DNA of 64,000 bases from Octopus vulgaris (taxonomy: Eukaryota), in NCBI GenBank assembly GCA_951406725.2, contig OX597814.1, positions 44,268,001 to 44,332,000 on the forward strand, read 5' to 3'. Within the stretch, counting starts at the first letter, position 1. The number at the start of each line of letters is the position of its first letter. A model generated the notes under the pieces. That model saw only the letters and a program-made list of their open reading frames with translations. It had not been told where the DNA came from and did no database searches. Of this stretch, positions 1-12,901 are shown piece after piece. The position numbers and the translations under genes were made by a program.

Positions 1-2279
1 AATCCCCCGCAGACACACAGCCTATACGAAGCACCCACCATCTCTCCAACTTAAACTTTCATAAAGCCAACTGGAAGTCGATTGAGAAAGAGATCCTCAA
101 ACAGGATTGGCCTGAATGTCTCTCCACACCGGACATAAACATGAAACACAAACACTTCATGTCCATAATACAAGCCATATGTGACAAATATGTCCCAATG
201 TGCAGGGCCAGCACACACAAGAACAAAAACAGGATCCCTAGAGAAAGGAGGATTCTTATGAGACGACGGACAAGGATTGCAAACCGCCTGAGCAAGCACA
301 CCAAAAGTGGTGAGAAGTCTCGGCTCGAAAGAATGCTAATGGAAACTGAGAAAAGTCTACATCAGTCCCATGAAAAGGAGAGAGCAGATAAAGAAGCTTG
401 GGTAATAGAAAATATAAAATCAAACCCTAAAGCTTTCTTTAAGTTTGCCAAAGAGACAGCCACAGTGCACCAGAGAATAGGACCTCTCTTCCAAAAAGAT
501 GGCTCTCTCACAGGAAATCCCACGAGGATAAGTGAAATACTGAACGAACAGTTTCAAAGTGTGTTCACTACACCTCTAGGACACAGGCAAGTAAACAACC
601 CAGAAGAATTCTTTGCCACTTTACCAGCGGCCAAAGAGACAAAAATTGAGTACATCAACATCGAAGAAGATGATATCACACTAGCCATTGATGAGATTGA
701 CACAAACTCAGCTGCTGGACCTGATGGATTCCCAGCGATCCTTCTCAAATCGTGCAAACGAGCCCTTGCAAAACCGCTACAGCTTCTTTTTCAGAGCTTT
801 CTTGCAAGTGGTAAGCTCCCAGTCAAACTGAAAGAGGGGGTAATATGCCCTATCCATAAGGGAGGTAGCAGAGCAGATGCTAAAAATTATAGGCCTATCT
901 CTCTGACCTCACACATCAGCAAAGTCATGGAACGAATAGTCCGTAAGAAACTAATCATGTTCCTTGAAGAAAATGACTTACTGTCTGACACCCAGCATGG
1001 ATTTCGACCAGGTAGAGGCTGCCTAACACAGCTCCTGCAACACTATGACTGGGTGTTGAAACAGCTACTAAATGGCTCAAATGTGGATGTAATATATCTT
1101 GACTTTGCAAAAGCCTTTGATAAAGTCGACCATGGTATGATCTGTCACAAACTGCGTGGTCTCGGCATAGGCGGGAAACTTGGAGAGTGGCTGCACAACT
1201 TCCTAAAAGACAGAAAACAGGCAGTTGTGAGCAATGGAGCCACCTCCAGGGAAACGCAAATAACAAGCGGTGTCCCACAGGGCACTGTCTTGGGGCCACT
1301 GATGTTCATAGTGGCCCTTTCAGACATGCCTTCAGTTGCTACGATGACCACCCTTGCTAGCTATGCAGATGACACAAAAGTCTCCCACGCAATACAAAAC
1401 CCTGAAAATATTGCGCATCTGCAACATGAGCTGGACACAATATACAGGTGGGCTGAGGACAACAACATGCAGTTTAATGCAGGTAAGTTCCAGGCCCTGC
1501 GCTACTGGCACACAAAGGTAAATGACGTGAAGACTGGATACACTGGCCCAGGAAGAATTGCAATCCCTGAGTCAAAATCAGTGCGTGACCTGGGCATTGA
1601 CATGAGCAATGATGCATCTTTCCAAATGCATATTGCTAATCTGGTGATAAAATGCAGACGGCTAGCTGGATGGATTCTCCGAACTTTCAGAACAAGAGAG
1701 AAGGAGACACTGATGGTCCTATGGAAAACATTTGTCCTCAGCCGCTTGGACTACTGCTCCCAACTTTGGTCACCACACAATATAAAACAAACAGCAGAAC
1801 TCGAAGCAACTCAGAGAAGCTACACAAAGAAAATCGTCTCAATGCAAAATGTCAGCTACTGGGAAAGACTGAAGGTATTAAACCTCTTCTCCCTGGAGCG
1901 GAGGCGGGAGAGATATGCAGTGATATACATCTGGAAAAATCCTGGAGGGTCTTGTCCCAAACTTTGGCATTCAAAGTTACTCCAACCGCAGAACGGGCGC
2001 CGCTGCGTGGTGCCAAGGATTCCAACATCACCATCAAAATACAGGTCCAGATACTGCAACAGCTTGGGTTTCAGAGGACCACAGCTCTTTAACATCCTCC
2101 CTAAATGCCTGAGAGACTTACATGGTGTGGATGTGGGTTTCTTTAAAACTAAACTGGATCTCTTCTTGTTGGGAGTCCCAGATGAACCTACCTCACGACA
2201 GGAGACACGGATGCGGGCAGCAGCATCGAACTCCCTTGTTGATCAAGTGCCACGTATCAGAGGTGGATTCACAAACTAG
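1..2279 (+). CDS. ORF2 (reverse transcriptase) of a CR1/L2/Jockey-group LINE; open from the window edge, so 5'-incomplete
   Basis: The frame is open upstream of the 141 ATG (..LNFHKANWKSIE..). RT motifs: AAGPDGF, NYRPISLTS, QHGFR, YLDFAKAFDKV, SGVPQGTVLGP, YADD, LDYCSQLWSP. Stop at 2277-2279. Confidence 0.95.
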   Translation, partial: SPADTQPIRSTHHLSNLNFHKANWKSIEKEILKQDWPECLSTPDINMKHKHFMSIIQAICDKYVPMCRASTHKNKNRIPRERRILMRRRTRIANRLSKHTKSGEKSRLERMLMETEKSLHQSHEKERADKEAWVIENIKSNPKAFFKFAKETATVHQRIGPLFQKDGSLTGNPTRISEILNEQFQSVFTTPLGHRQVNNPEEFFATLPAAKETKIEYINIEEDDITLAIDEIDTNSAAGPDGFPAILLKSCKRALAKPLQLLFQSFLASGKLPVKLKEGVICPIHKGGSRADAKNYRPISLTSHISKVMERIVRKKLIMFLEENDLLSDTQHGFRPGRGCLTQLLQHYDWVLKQLLNGSNVDVIYLDFAKAFDKVDHGMICHKLRGLGIGGKLGEWLHNFLKDRKQAVVSNGATSRETQITSGVPQGTVLGPLMFIVALSDMPSVATMTTLASYADDTKVSHAIQNPENIAHLQHELDTIYRWAEDNNMQFNAGKFQALRYWHTKVNDVKTGYTGPGRIAIPESKSVRDLGIDMSNDASFQMHIANLVIKCRRLAGWILRTFRTREKETLMVLWKTFVLSRLDYCSQLWSPHNIKQTAELEATQRSYTKKIVSMQNVSYWERLKVLNLFSLERRRERYAVIYIWKNPGGSCPKLWHSKLLQPQNGRRCVVPRIPTSPSKYRSRYCNSLGFRGPQLFNILPKCLRDLHGVDVGFFKTKLDLFLLGVPDEPTSRQETRMRAAASNSLVDQVPRIRGGFTN

Positions 2280-2358
2280 TGTAGCTCATTCAGCGGTGGT
2301 GCCCCAGCATGGCCGCGGCCTTCGGGCTAAAACATTTTTAAGGATTTTAAGGATTTAT
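2280..2358 (+). mobile_element. LINE 3' UTR and tail
   Basis: GGTGCCCCAGCATGGCC, then a GGCC-TTCG-GGCT hairpin, then a short TTTTAAGGAT repeat tail running into (TA)n. Confidence 0.8.
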
Positions 2359-2361
2359 ATG

Positions 2362-2394
<33 letters not shown>

Positions 2395-2623
2395 ATAGAT
2401 ATATATATATGCGTGTATATATATATACATGTATGCATGTGGGTGTGTGTATGTGTATAAATGTATGTATGTATGGATGTATGGATGTATGTATGTATGT
2501 ATACGTATGTATGTGTATGTGTGTATATGTATGTATGTGTATGTGTGTATATATGTGCATATGCGTGTATATGTGTATATATGTGTTTGTATGTGTGTGT
2601 ATGTATATATGTGTATATATATG

Positions 2624-2681
<58 letters not shown>

Positions 2682-3189
2682 TACATGTATGTATTTGTAT
2701 GCAGGTGCACGTGTATGTGTGTGTATTCACACTTATTGGTGTATATGTATAGACCAGCCTTCCAAGAGTGTAGACATGAATCTGCAGGTACGCGCACGTA
2801 TGTGCATATACGTGAATGCATGCAGATGCATGTATGTATGAACACAACGCGTGCGTGCGTGTATGTGCATGAGTGCACGAATTAGTGAGTGTACGTGCTA
2901 AAGAGTGTGCGTGAGTGAATGAGTGCTTGTTTTCCAGTAGACAGACAAATGGACTATGCGTGTATATATATATGTATGCATGTGGGTGTGTGTATGTGTA
3001 TAAATGTATGTATGTATGGATGTATGGATGTATGTATGTATGTATGTATACGTATGTATGTGTATGTGTGTATATGTATGTATGTGTATGTGTGTATATA
3101 TGTGTATATTTGTGTATATGTGTATATATGTGTTTGTATGTGTGTGTATGTATATATGTGTATATATATGTGATATATATATATATATG

Positions 3190-3236
<47 letters not shown>

Positions 3237-3653
3237 ATTTGTATGTAGGTGTACGTGTATGTGTGTGTATGAATATATATGTATATATGTATATATGTAT
3301 AGACTAGCCTTCTAAGAGTGTAGACATGAATCTGTAGGTACGCGTACGTATGTGTATATACGTGAATGTATGTAGATGTATGTATGTATGAATATAACGC
3401 GTGCGAGCGTGTATGTGTATGAGTGTACGAATGAGTGAGTGTACGTGCTAAAGAGTGTGCGTGAGTGAATGAGTGCTTGTTTTCCAGTAGACAGATAAAT
3501 GGACTGGCTGTCATAGCCAAGATGTTTGTGACCAAGCGGCCAAAGATAACAAAAGTAATAAACGAAGATAATAAAATTAAAATTAGGGAATGGGTCTGTA
3601 TTTGTATGTGTATATATATATATGTGTGTATGTGTAGGTATGCATAGGTACAC

Positions 3654-3707
<54 letters not shown>

Positions 3708-4080
3708 ATGTATGTGTGTGTATATATGTGTGTATGTGTATATATGTGTATATAGGGACTAGTGTGCTGTGTGTGCATGTGTGTGTGTGGATTTGTGTGT
3801 GTATGCGTGTATGTGAGTATGTGTGTGTATGTGTATATATATATTTTTCTGTGTGTATATGTATGTGTGGTCGTGTGTGTATATATACATGTGTACACAC
3901 ATGTGTGTATACGTGTATGCATGTGAGTGTGTGTATGTATACATATATGTGTATGTGTAGATATGTATATGTATGTGTAAGTGTATATATATGTATATAT
4001 ATATATGTGTGTGTATGTATGTGTGTATGTATTTGTATATATGTTTGTATGCGTGTGTATATATGTATACATATGTGCAT
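2359..4080. repeat. Compound (TA)/(TATG)/(TG) microsatellite field containing a ~550-bp tandem duplication
   Basis: The non-simple block GAGTGAATGAGTGCTTGTTTTCCAGTAGACAGA occurs at ~2913 and ~3463; TAAGAGTGTAGACATGAATCTG-like blocks at ~2763 and ~3313. Confidence 0.9.
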
Positions 4081-4321
4081 AGGTATAAGTGAGAATCTCC
4101 TTATTTACCTAAAACTCTATTCCCCCTTTTTTTATATATATATATATTTTTATTTTATTTTTTTTATTTTTTATTTATTCTTCTATCTAATTTAACACTG
4201 ACTCCTTGACCACTCCCCCAAGTATGATATTTTGCGCTATGCCTACCCCCAAAAAAGTCCCCCACCAACACCCCTTTAAACCTGCCTAAATGTATAAATG
4301 CCAATACAATTCTTGTTAACT

Positions 4322-4372
4322 AGCTTCCTGAAGATTTCTCTTGAATGAAACAGTTCTAGTCCTGTAGAAGCT
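4322..4372 (+). ncRNA. Type I hammerhead ribozyme
   Basis: AGCTTC-CTGAAGA-TTTC(TCTT)GAAT-GAAA-CAG(TTCTAGTC)CTG-TA-GAAGCT. 6-bp stem I, CUGANGA and GAAA core, stem III CAG/CTG, GUA cleavage triplet ending at 4366. Confidence 0.8.
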
Positions 4373-4383
4373 CCTTCTATATA

Positions 4384-4428
<45 letters not shown>

Positions 4429-4562
4429 GTAATAATTTGAATTCGCCTTAAATGGTCCCTTTGCATACTGAACACTTGGTGAAATTGATTAATAATTAAT
4501 TAATTTTACCCTCAATTGTTGAAATATATATATATATATATACATATATGTATATACATATT

Positions 4563-4646
<84 letters not shown>

Positions 4647-5459
4647 TATATACATACACACACACACACACATATATGCATGTATCAATGTATGTATAAC
4701 GTATAAATATTAATCGATATTTGCCAGAAGATATATGTGTATGTGTATGTTGTGTATGCATGCATGTGCGTATTTGTGCGTGCGCTTGTATGTTTGTGTA
4801 TATATTAACGTTTGTTTTCTATATATACATAAATGTATCAACATTAATTGAAGAATCACATGACACTGTTAATCAGAATATCATATATATTTTATGAAGG
4901 AAATGTTGACAGCAGTAGTAAGATGTATATCCTACTCCGTGCACGTACGTATGTCCGGGAGGCAAGTGTTCATAAAAATATATATGATACATAATCAGTA
5001 GATAACAATCAACATATACAATCACCTTGAACCTCTTCGAAACATAGCTTACATTGTGTATGGTAGGTGCTTCTTACTATTCTTTCTGTAACTGCTCTCT
5101 TCACTAAGTGAATTTTTTAAATCTGAATTTTTGTTTTTGTATACATAAATATTTTAAGAAATATTTGTAACGATAAATCGATGAATACCATGCGAGAAAT
5201 AAATCTAAATTAACCAAATGTGTCACTGTTAGCAACGGGAAGTAAACAGCTACATAGTGGTATCTATTAACGGCACACAAAGAAAATTAGATGACTTCAA
5301 AATAATAAGAATTTATCTCTCAAAAAGGTAAGTTACACATGAAAACACATACATACACACACACACACATGTATACACACGCCTGCACACACTTATATAT
5401 ATATATATATGAAATATATATGAGAGATAGAAAGACGGATATATAGATAAAGAGATAGC

Positions 5460-5517
5460 TAGATAGATAGATAAGTAGATAGTTAACAAGATAGAGGGAT
5501 AGATAGATAACTAGATT

Positions 5518-5586
<69 letters not shown>

Positions 5587-5780
5587 GTAGGTATGTATGA
5601 TGTATTATGTATGTAGGTAGTTAGGTAGGTAAGTATGTAGGTAGGTAGGTAGGTAGGTAAGTAGGTAGGTGGTTTGGTAGATCGATATATAGATACATAC
5701 ACATATACGCACATGCATACACGCACACATACATACATACATACATACATACATACATACATACATACACACATACATAC
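5460..5780. repeat. (GATA)n/(GGTA)n/(CATA)n microsatellites
   Basis: Directly visible. Confidence 0.95.
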
Positions 5781-5999
5781 TGAGCAACTGTTAATAAATA
5801 ACACTGTAATGACAGAGGCGCGGGAGCACAGGAGGAACACCATTCAATGTGTCTGTACTACAAGAAACCCTTTGAGTCTGTTCCCCATTAATGGACGCTA
5901 GAACCCCTTCTATTTGCTAAAGTTCTAGTGAGCATTGTCAAAATCATAACTGACCAGACTTCATCGTGGGCTACCATCTTGAAGTTGAATACAAGGAGT

Positions 6000-7510
6000 G
6001 ATTGTATTATCTCTAACAAAATACAGCATCGCATAGGTATATTCCACAGGGGAGCCTCTTTATTATGGCGTTCATACTTTCTGTAAACCCCTTGTCGCTG
6101 TTGTTAAGGATGTCTGAAGGATATCTCACTTGTTTACGAGGAAACAGAAATACCAAAATTACACAGTTTCTTTGTGGATGACTTGAAACTATATGCAAAG
6201 AATATGCATGAGATGAAAAAGCGTCTCGACCTGGTTACAACAGTCTCAAAGGATATAGGGTTTGAGTTTGGTCAGGATAAATGTTGCTATGTGTTTGTAT
6301 AAAGAGGGAAAACTGTAAACCAATCTAACAACTCCATCAATGACCTAATTGTTTCCCCTGTATCTGATGAGGACTGTTACAGGTACCTAAGTGTGGATGA
6401 AACCATATCTTACGATGGCACCTGCAGCAAGACGCGTGTCACCAAAGAATATTACAGCCAAATAAAGGAAATATGGACCTAGGAACTCCCTGCATTCAAT
6501 AAAACAGAGGCCCACAATGTGTTTGCTGTGCTAGTACTCATACCAACATTCTGACTACTTGATTGAATGCTCGATGAACTATTGATGTGAAAACCCGGAA
6601 AATGCTAACCGGCTCGTATAATTTTCGCTTCAACTGTGTTTTAGAGCGAACCAACCTAAAATGAGAATAAGGAGGCAACTTCTTGTCTGATAACCTTAAA
6701 TACATGCCCAAAGAAGTCGCACGAATCTACTGCAACGTATCATGAGATGAAAGGATGAGAGCATATGAGCAGAAGAGCATGCATGGACATGTTAGTAAAA
6801 AAAGCTTCGAGATGATAGTAACATTGATCATCAAAGCAGTCTATCATGGTCCAGCAACCGGATTGATGCTTCCCTCTTTGAAGGGTATGCGTCTACAATC
6901 TAATAACAAGAAATATCAACCAAATACCTGATGCAAAAAAGGAACAGAGATGCAGGGAAAATAGCAAAATGTGACAGCCGATTGGGACTTTCTGGTGTCA
7001 ACACCGAAGACATCACCCAAATCATAACGTTTGTCTGAGAATATCATAGCGATATGATCTGCCTAAGACACATGACGTTATGGCTAAGACACTCTATAAT
7101 GAGATCTGTCTGAGATATAACCCTGAAGCCAAAGAAATAAGAACCTACATTATGATGGAAGCCATATCTACTCATGATAAGGAGTACTGGTGGAATGTTA
7201 CGGTAAAAACCTCAAGAATATGTAAATATAATATACCTGACATAATGATTTGGGATACAGAAGTGAAACTGTGTACAGTTGTGGAAATCAGTTGCCCAGC
7301 AGATGTTAACATAAAGGTAAACGTCAGTGAAAAAGAAAATACCTACGCCGAACAATGAAGATATTCTACAATTACTGTACCCAGGTTACGAGTTCAGATT
7401 TATATCTGTAATTGTTGTGGCACCGGGATGTGTAACACACTGTCTAGGTCCAAAACATCAGTGGCACTATAAAAATTTGCAAAACATTCCAGATGTTTAT
7501 TATTTTAGTA
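6000..7510 (+). mobile_element. Degenerate R4/Dong-type (RLE-endonuclease) non-LTR retrotransposon, 5'-truncated
   Basis: Broken frames give RIGIF, ILSVNPLSLLL, FFVDDLKLYAKN, KDIGFEFGQDKC (RT) and RHDVMAK, YWWNVTVK, PDIMIWD..VVEISCP (PD-(D/E)xK endonuclease). Many stops and frameshifts. Confidence 0.85.
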
Positions 7511-7622
7511 TATATGGGCATGTCTAGACATGCAGCTATATGCATGAGAATACATATATTAAACAAAACATACAAACATACACATATACATATATACATA
7601 AATACATACATACATACATACA

Positions 7623-7658
<36 letters not shown>

Positions 7659-7878
7659 TATACACTCGTGATATTGAAATTCCAGAACCAGGAAGATCAG
7701 GAGGAAGGATAAAAACAGAATGAGATGGGGAGGGGTAGATGAGTTAGATGTGGGAGGGATGGTGGAAGCAGTGGAAAACTGGGAGGCGAGAGGAGGAAGA
7801 AGGGAATAGGGGTTGGAGTAATGGCAGTGTGGGAGTTGAGGATATGTATATACATACATGCATGCATACATACATTCA

Positions 7879-7920
<42 letters not shown>

Positions 7921-10459
7921 CATAATTCAAGTTTATACTCTTCACTGTAGGTGGGAGGGTTGTGAGATGTATCATGTTGCCATTTATATAAAATATGGGT
8001 TGACATTCTTCTACTACAACGACACTATGTTACAAGTACACGAAGTATAATTTGTATTAATAATAAATGAATGATTATTAATGCATATGTCTTAAAATGA
8101 ATGATTAATACAATACTTACAGTTCAAATATCCTTCATAAAATGCTAAACAGCAAAGTTATCTGCATCAAAATAACAATTAGTATTATTATAATCTATGA
8201 AACTTTATTACCTTTCTAATTGGAATAGATTTGCTTCATTGTAGTTTACAATACTCATAAATACAAAATCTATATTTTGTATGATTCCATACGACTATTA
8301 ATTAAATATTTATCTGCCGTCAACAGATTTATTATAAGATTACAGATGTTTAAATGATGATTATATATTCTTCCTGGCACTATTGACCATAATATTAATA
8401 ATGTTATTGTTAATATGTGTAGCAACAATATTCACGGTTTACTTTATTCAGAACGGGAGTAAGATATCTTACTATTTCGTTGCATCGAATGATAACAACA
8501 AACTATATAGCATTTCAATAGATTCAGAATGAGGGGATATCTAATGCATTTTTAGATTTCCACACCAGACTGATTTATCAGAGGACAGGACTTGGAACAT
8601 ATTCCTAAAGGGCATTGAACTCGCAAATAACGGGATTCTTGTTATCAAGGTATCGTGCATACATAGATCATTATAATTAAGGAATTCATTTGCATTATAA
8701 ACTATACCATATTTCGAGAGAAAGACACCAAAGGTTAACCTATCTTAAGATGTATTTTATCATTATTAGCTATAACATTTCTTAAAATATAGCTACCATT
8801 TCTGACTTTGAATATAGCTATCACTTAGTATCGAACATGATCGATTGCTTTCGATTCTCCATGATGCTTTGACTGTTGCGATACCAAAATGTACTCATGA
8901 ATAAATATTTACTGTGATATTCACATTAGTTTGAGAAAATTCAAAAATTAAATGCATATTTGAACCTTGGTCTTCCTGTGAACACTATAGACTTATCTTA
9001 TCAAAATAGCTCATCACTTAGTGAACGCGCTTCATTTTCATATATAAATGTTTACACATTGCTTCTGTCTGTACATTATCTCCAAAATATTCTTTTTAAT
9101 CATATCGCAAAGATGCAACTGAAAAAATAATGTTCATATTTTTCACGAAACAGAAAAATCAATATTACAGCACATTACTCTTTATATACTGAGTTGAACT
9201 TGTTTCCTATATGCAATTATTTGAATATAATGAACATATAACACTTACTGTAAAAATATTATTATCTATACTTAAATATATGTGCTCCTGATTATGTATG
9301 TATTGTATTTACGTATTTCTCTACCATTGAATTCGTGTGCTAAATTTCCTTTTGTAAAATGACAGACATAATGGAATGTTACAGTCTATGAAACATAATG
9401 ACTTGATGCGTAAGGTGTCTATAACGAAATACGTCACAATTTAAACTCAATTCATATCTACTGAAGCTTAATTACAAAACAGTAATGCAATTAATCTTAC
9501 ATCCATTATAGGACTGTTTTAATACTTCGCTTACACTTGAACACTTGATTTGAATCAAATCACAGATTCATATACTTTATCACAGAAGCCCAGGAAGAGG
9601 GATACCTATGAAATTCCGCCGAGATTTTGTTTCTTTTAGCTGTCTTAAACTGATACTGATAACGTCTAATGTCATTTACATTAAAGACTTAGCATTTAGT
9701 TTATAATTTGATTCATGTGTTTATTTCTTGTTGTAAACATCGAAAGATTTATGATGGACAAAACTAAAATAGCTCATCCCGTTAGTAATACGTAGATGAA
9801 GTACTGAATTATCAGTACAGTCAAAATATCAGAAAAATATAAATTGTCTAAATAGAGGAGACAGAATGCAAGCTTTATTTTATGGAATCAGTTCCACAGT
9901 CGTTCGTGTTTCTCAATGAGCCTAATTTATGTTTGTTCTCTTGTCTCAAATTGGTGCTATATAATGTACAATAGGATTTATATTAGTTCTCCATTCATAA
10001 ACCGCAACTTGTGTTAAGAAAGTAACAGTCTATACATGACATCTTGAAACAGTGGCACTCATATGGAGTTTGAAGAATTCATACGGCATATGGTCAATAA
10101 AATGCAACAATAGATTTTAATTAAGGCAGAATCAGAACTATTGGAGTTATAATTTCTATGCTACATCTGAGACCTTATGTTGAAACTAAAACAGTTGTAA
10201 CGACGTAGAGATATAGTAAGCATTTAAAATACACATATATCGCTCTACTTAACATTTTATTTTATATCTTTGTTATACAATTTTATATAGTATTGGAGCT
10301 AAACTTGATGATTTGCATGCCTCCTATTTTTTCGGGAACTCATTGATATATTGATAAACAGTCAATGGCGTGGGGCAGCATAAAAACTAAAGCTGTAATT
10401 GAGACACTTGTTCAATGCTCTGTGAATACTGCTAAGGATGTAAGACAGCTGCAACAGAG

Positions 10460-10690
10460 ACTATGAAAGAGCCAAAAAGTGATTCATCAGCCCCAATTCT
10501 GGCCATGAATTACTATGTCCGATACACAGTTGGGAAAGACATAGACGACTCTGCATGTGGCATCAAGTCTGAGAGTAGCAAAGATCAAAGAGGCGTTCGA
10601 AGATCTTGCCAGACACCCTGTGAGAAAGGTACTCGCCAGGTTCTGTAGCCTTTTTGAGGCCATGGTGGAAGCTAAGTGAGGCTACTTAAA
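10460..10690 (+). mobile_element. Tc1/mariner-superfamily transposase C-terminal fragment
   Basis: MNYYVRYTVGKD..SACGIKSE/VAKIKEAFEDLARHPVRKVLARFCSLFEAMVEAK*GY matches the typical DYYVW..F..RLEAVVEA.GGY end of these transposases. Confidence 0.65.
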
Positions 10691-10839
10691 TGTTATCTAG
10701 TTCCTATTTTTCAATCTGTTGAAATACTTGTATTTCTGGATGGTATATTGTGTTTTCTTTCTCTTTTATGCAAACTGTGAAACTTAGCATGGAAACACAG
10801 TATATCAACGATTTCTTTGTGTGGTTACAGTCAGAACTA

Positions 10840-11160
10840 TCTGATGAAAATGTGACGACTGTAAAAAGAATTTGGTGCCACTGAAACTATATTGCTCTTT
10901 TACGTAGAAATTTCGGGATAGAAAAATGAACCAATCCAAGAAGCGATAGGAGAATTGTAAGAACCAGACCAGTTGTTTTTAGTGGTATTTGTTCTGGCCC
11001 TGAGTGTTCTCATTTCAAATTTCGCTATGACTCTCTTGGGTGGGCGACTTAATACGTGGCCTTATTTTGCAGTATCACCTTGTTTCTTGTGTGCCTTTAG
11101 TGGAGTCTATTCTAATGCAAAAGCTTTTGATGTGAAAATATCTTTCTCACAACCAACAGT
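10840..11160 (-). pseudogene. Disabled CatSper-gamma-like C-terminal segments
   Basis: TVGCEKDIFTSKAFALE*TPLK (TAG 11107-11109 where Tyr is recalled) and FFYPEIST*KSNIVSVAPNSFYSRHIF (TAA 10900-10902), separated by a probable SINE remnant at ~10940-11050. Confidence 0.6.
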
Positions 11161-11539
11161 CTGAAAGATTCTGTAACGGATTAGGAACACTATTTTCTTT
11201 GAGACTAAAAGATAAAAGTATCACTTAATGGAATAATTTAACTGAAAACATTTCTTAGTTATGACTGGTATAATAAGAACTGATCGTGTTAGCATACCTT
11301 GAGAAGCGCACTGTATTTTATTTGCTACCAGATGTCGTCAATTCTCTTTTACTGTTCTTTCTAAGACGTTTGTGATTTCAATGTAATTTCACCGTAATGC
11401 CTACGGTAAAACTATTCTCTTATATTTAAAGCTTCATTATCAGTGTTATTGTGGTCGAGAATAGCAGCAATGCATATTTTCAAGTAACATGTTCCCATGG
11501 CCATTCAGTGGAAATTTCCCATCATTTATACATACTTAC

Positions 11540-11608
11540 AATTTCCATATATCCCCAATAGCTATACATTTGCTGTTTCTCTTGTAAAAGTGTCGAAAAA
11601 ATTATATG
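11540..11608 (-). pseudogene. Exon (CatSper-gamma-like)
   Basis: cttgtag|HIIFSTLLQEKQQMYSYWGYMEI|gtaagt; resembles SVLFSITLKDKKLCY. Confidence 0.65.
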
Positions 11609-12755
11609 CTACAAGTGTTTCTAGTTATAGAATTTCTATAAATCTCATTCAACATGAAATTTGTTCAACTTTCACATAGCATCAATTTTTTTCTTTTTCA
11701 AATAAGTGATTGAACTAAAAATATTAAAACGTGTTTAGTACATATTTTTCTTCAAATCTACTAAAAAGCAAACACAAAATATACATAAATTCGTGCAGAT
11801 TTGCCGAAAATTTAATGCATAGACATATGAATTGAAATATGCGTTTATAAGTGCATTAATGGGTGAATATACTCTGAACGGTGGGTAAACTAAAGAAATC
11901 GATTGAAGGTACTTTTATGACTACGAAAATCGTGACGCACTTGCTATGACTAGAAATTAATATCAAAACAGAGCTTATTACATACAGCTAAAGAAACAAC
12001 AGTTATAAACATACGAGGATATCCCAAACAAAAGTTTTCAAGAAATATTTATGAGTGCTGTAAGTCAATGTATGCAAAAACAAATGCAGAGAAGGATGTA
12101 ATAATATGTCAGAAGAAATTACTGAAAAAGTGTTCTGCGCGGGAACTTGTGGGTATATTGTGTTTGCGGTTTGACACCTGCGAAGGCTAAGGTATCAGAG
12201 TTGCAAGTAATAAAGAAAAGAGAGAATAATATAGCTTTACAGTAGTTGTAACGTACTGAATAGTCAGTATTTAACAGTAAGTCGAATAATCATTATTCTT
12301 TAGATGTGTTTTCGGAATTTCTTAGCTGAAGCAACACCGTTTGCTATACATTAGTTTATTATGAGAGTCACTTGTGTTTTGGAGATGACCAGCTACAGAT
12401 CAGAACTAAATCACTTTTAGAAATAAAGAAGCTCAGTCGTTAGAATACGCATTTGGAAACTTTCTATAGAGATCAGTGGTTGTTGTAAAACATAGTGTGT
12501 GAAGCGATGAAGTTCAGTTTACTTGATATGCATAATGCTTATAATGATTTTTAAAAGGCATTTCAGTGCATGGTTGTCAAGATATATATTATTGTTATTG
12601 ACTCATGGAATCGATTGATGTTTAGTGTAGAGTTATAGTGTAAATTGTAAATGATAATGCTTACGTTTCGAAAGTTTGATGTAACGAAAGTCGGTATTAT
12701 AAGAATAGAAATATAGTCACAACTAAAAGATACGGACAGAAAATTATCAATTTAC

Positions 12756-12901
12756 CGAAGGAAAACGCCATTAGTATCGGAGTGATAATCACCGTATTAC
12801 AGTGCCAAGACGTTCCATCCATGGGATAAGAAACGGGTGACAGGTATAGGTATAGAACTTCATTAGAGTATTCTATTTCCAAAGTTGGTCGGAGGGTTTT
12901 T
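12756..12901 (-). pseudogene. Exon, 146 nt, phase 2-1 (CatSper-gamma-like)
   Basis: aaatttag|KTLRPTLEIEYSNEVLYLYLSPVSYPMDGTSWHCNTVIITPILMAFSF|gtaaat; resembles [23 protein letters not shown]. Confidence 0.6.

Noticed and set aside
2327-4761. Many long YI/HT/CV-rich ORFs (also near 22.8, 30.6, 40.7, 42.8, 52.7, 54.9 and 60.3 kb)
   Set aside because: Translations of stop-free microsatellites; no coding signal.
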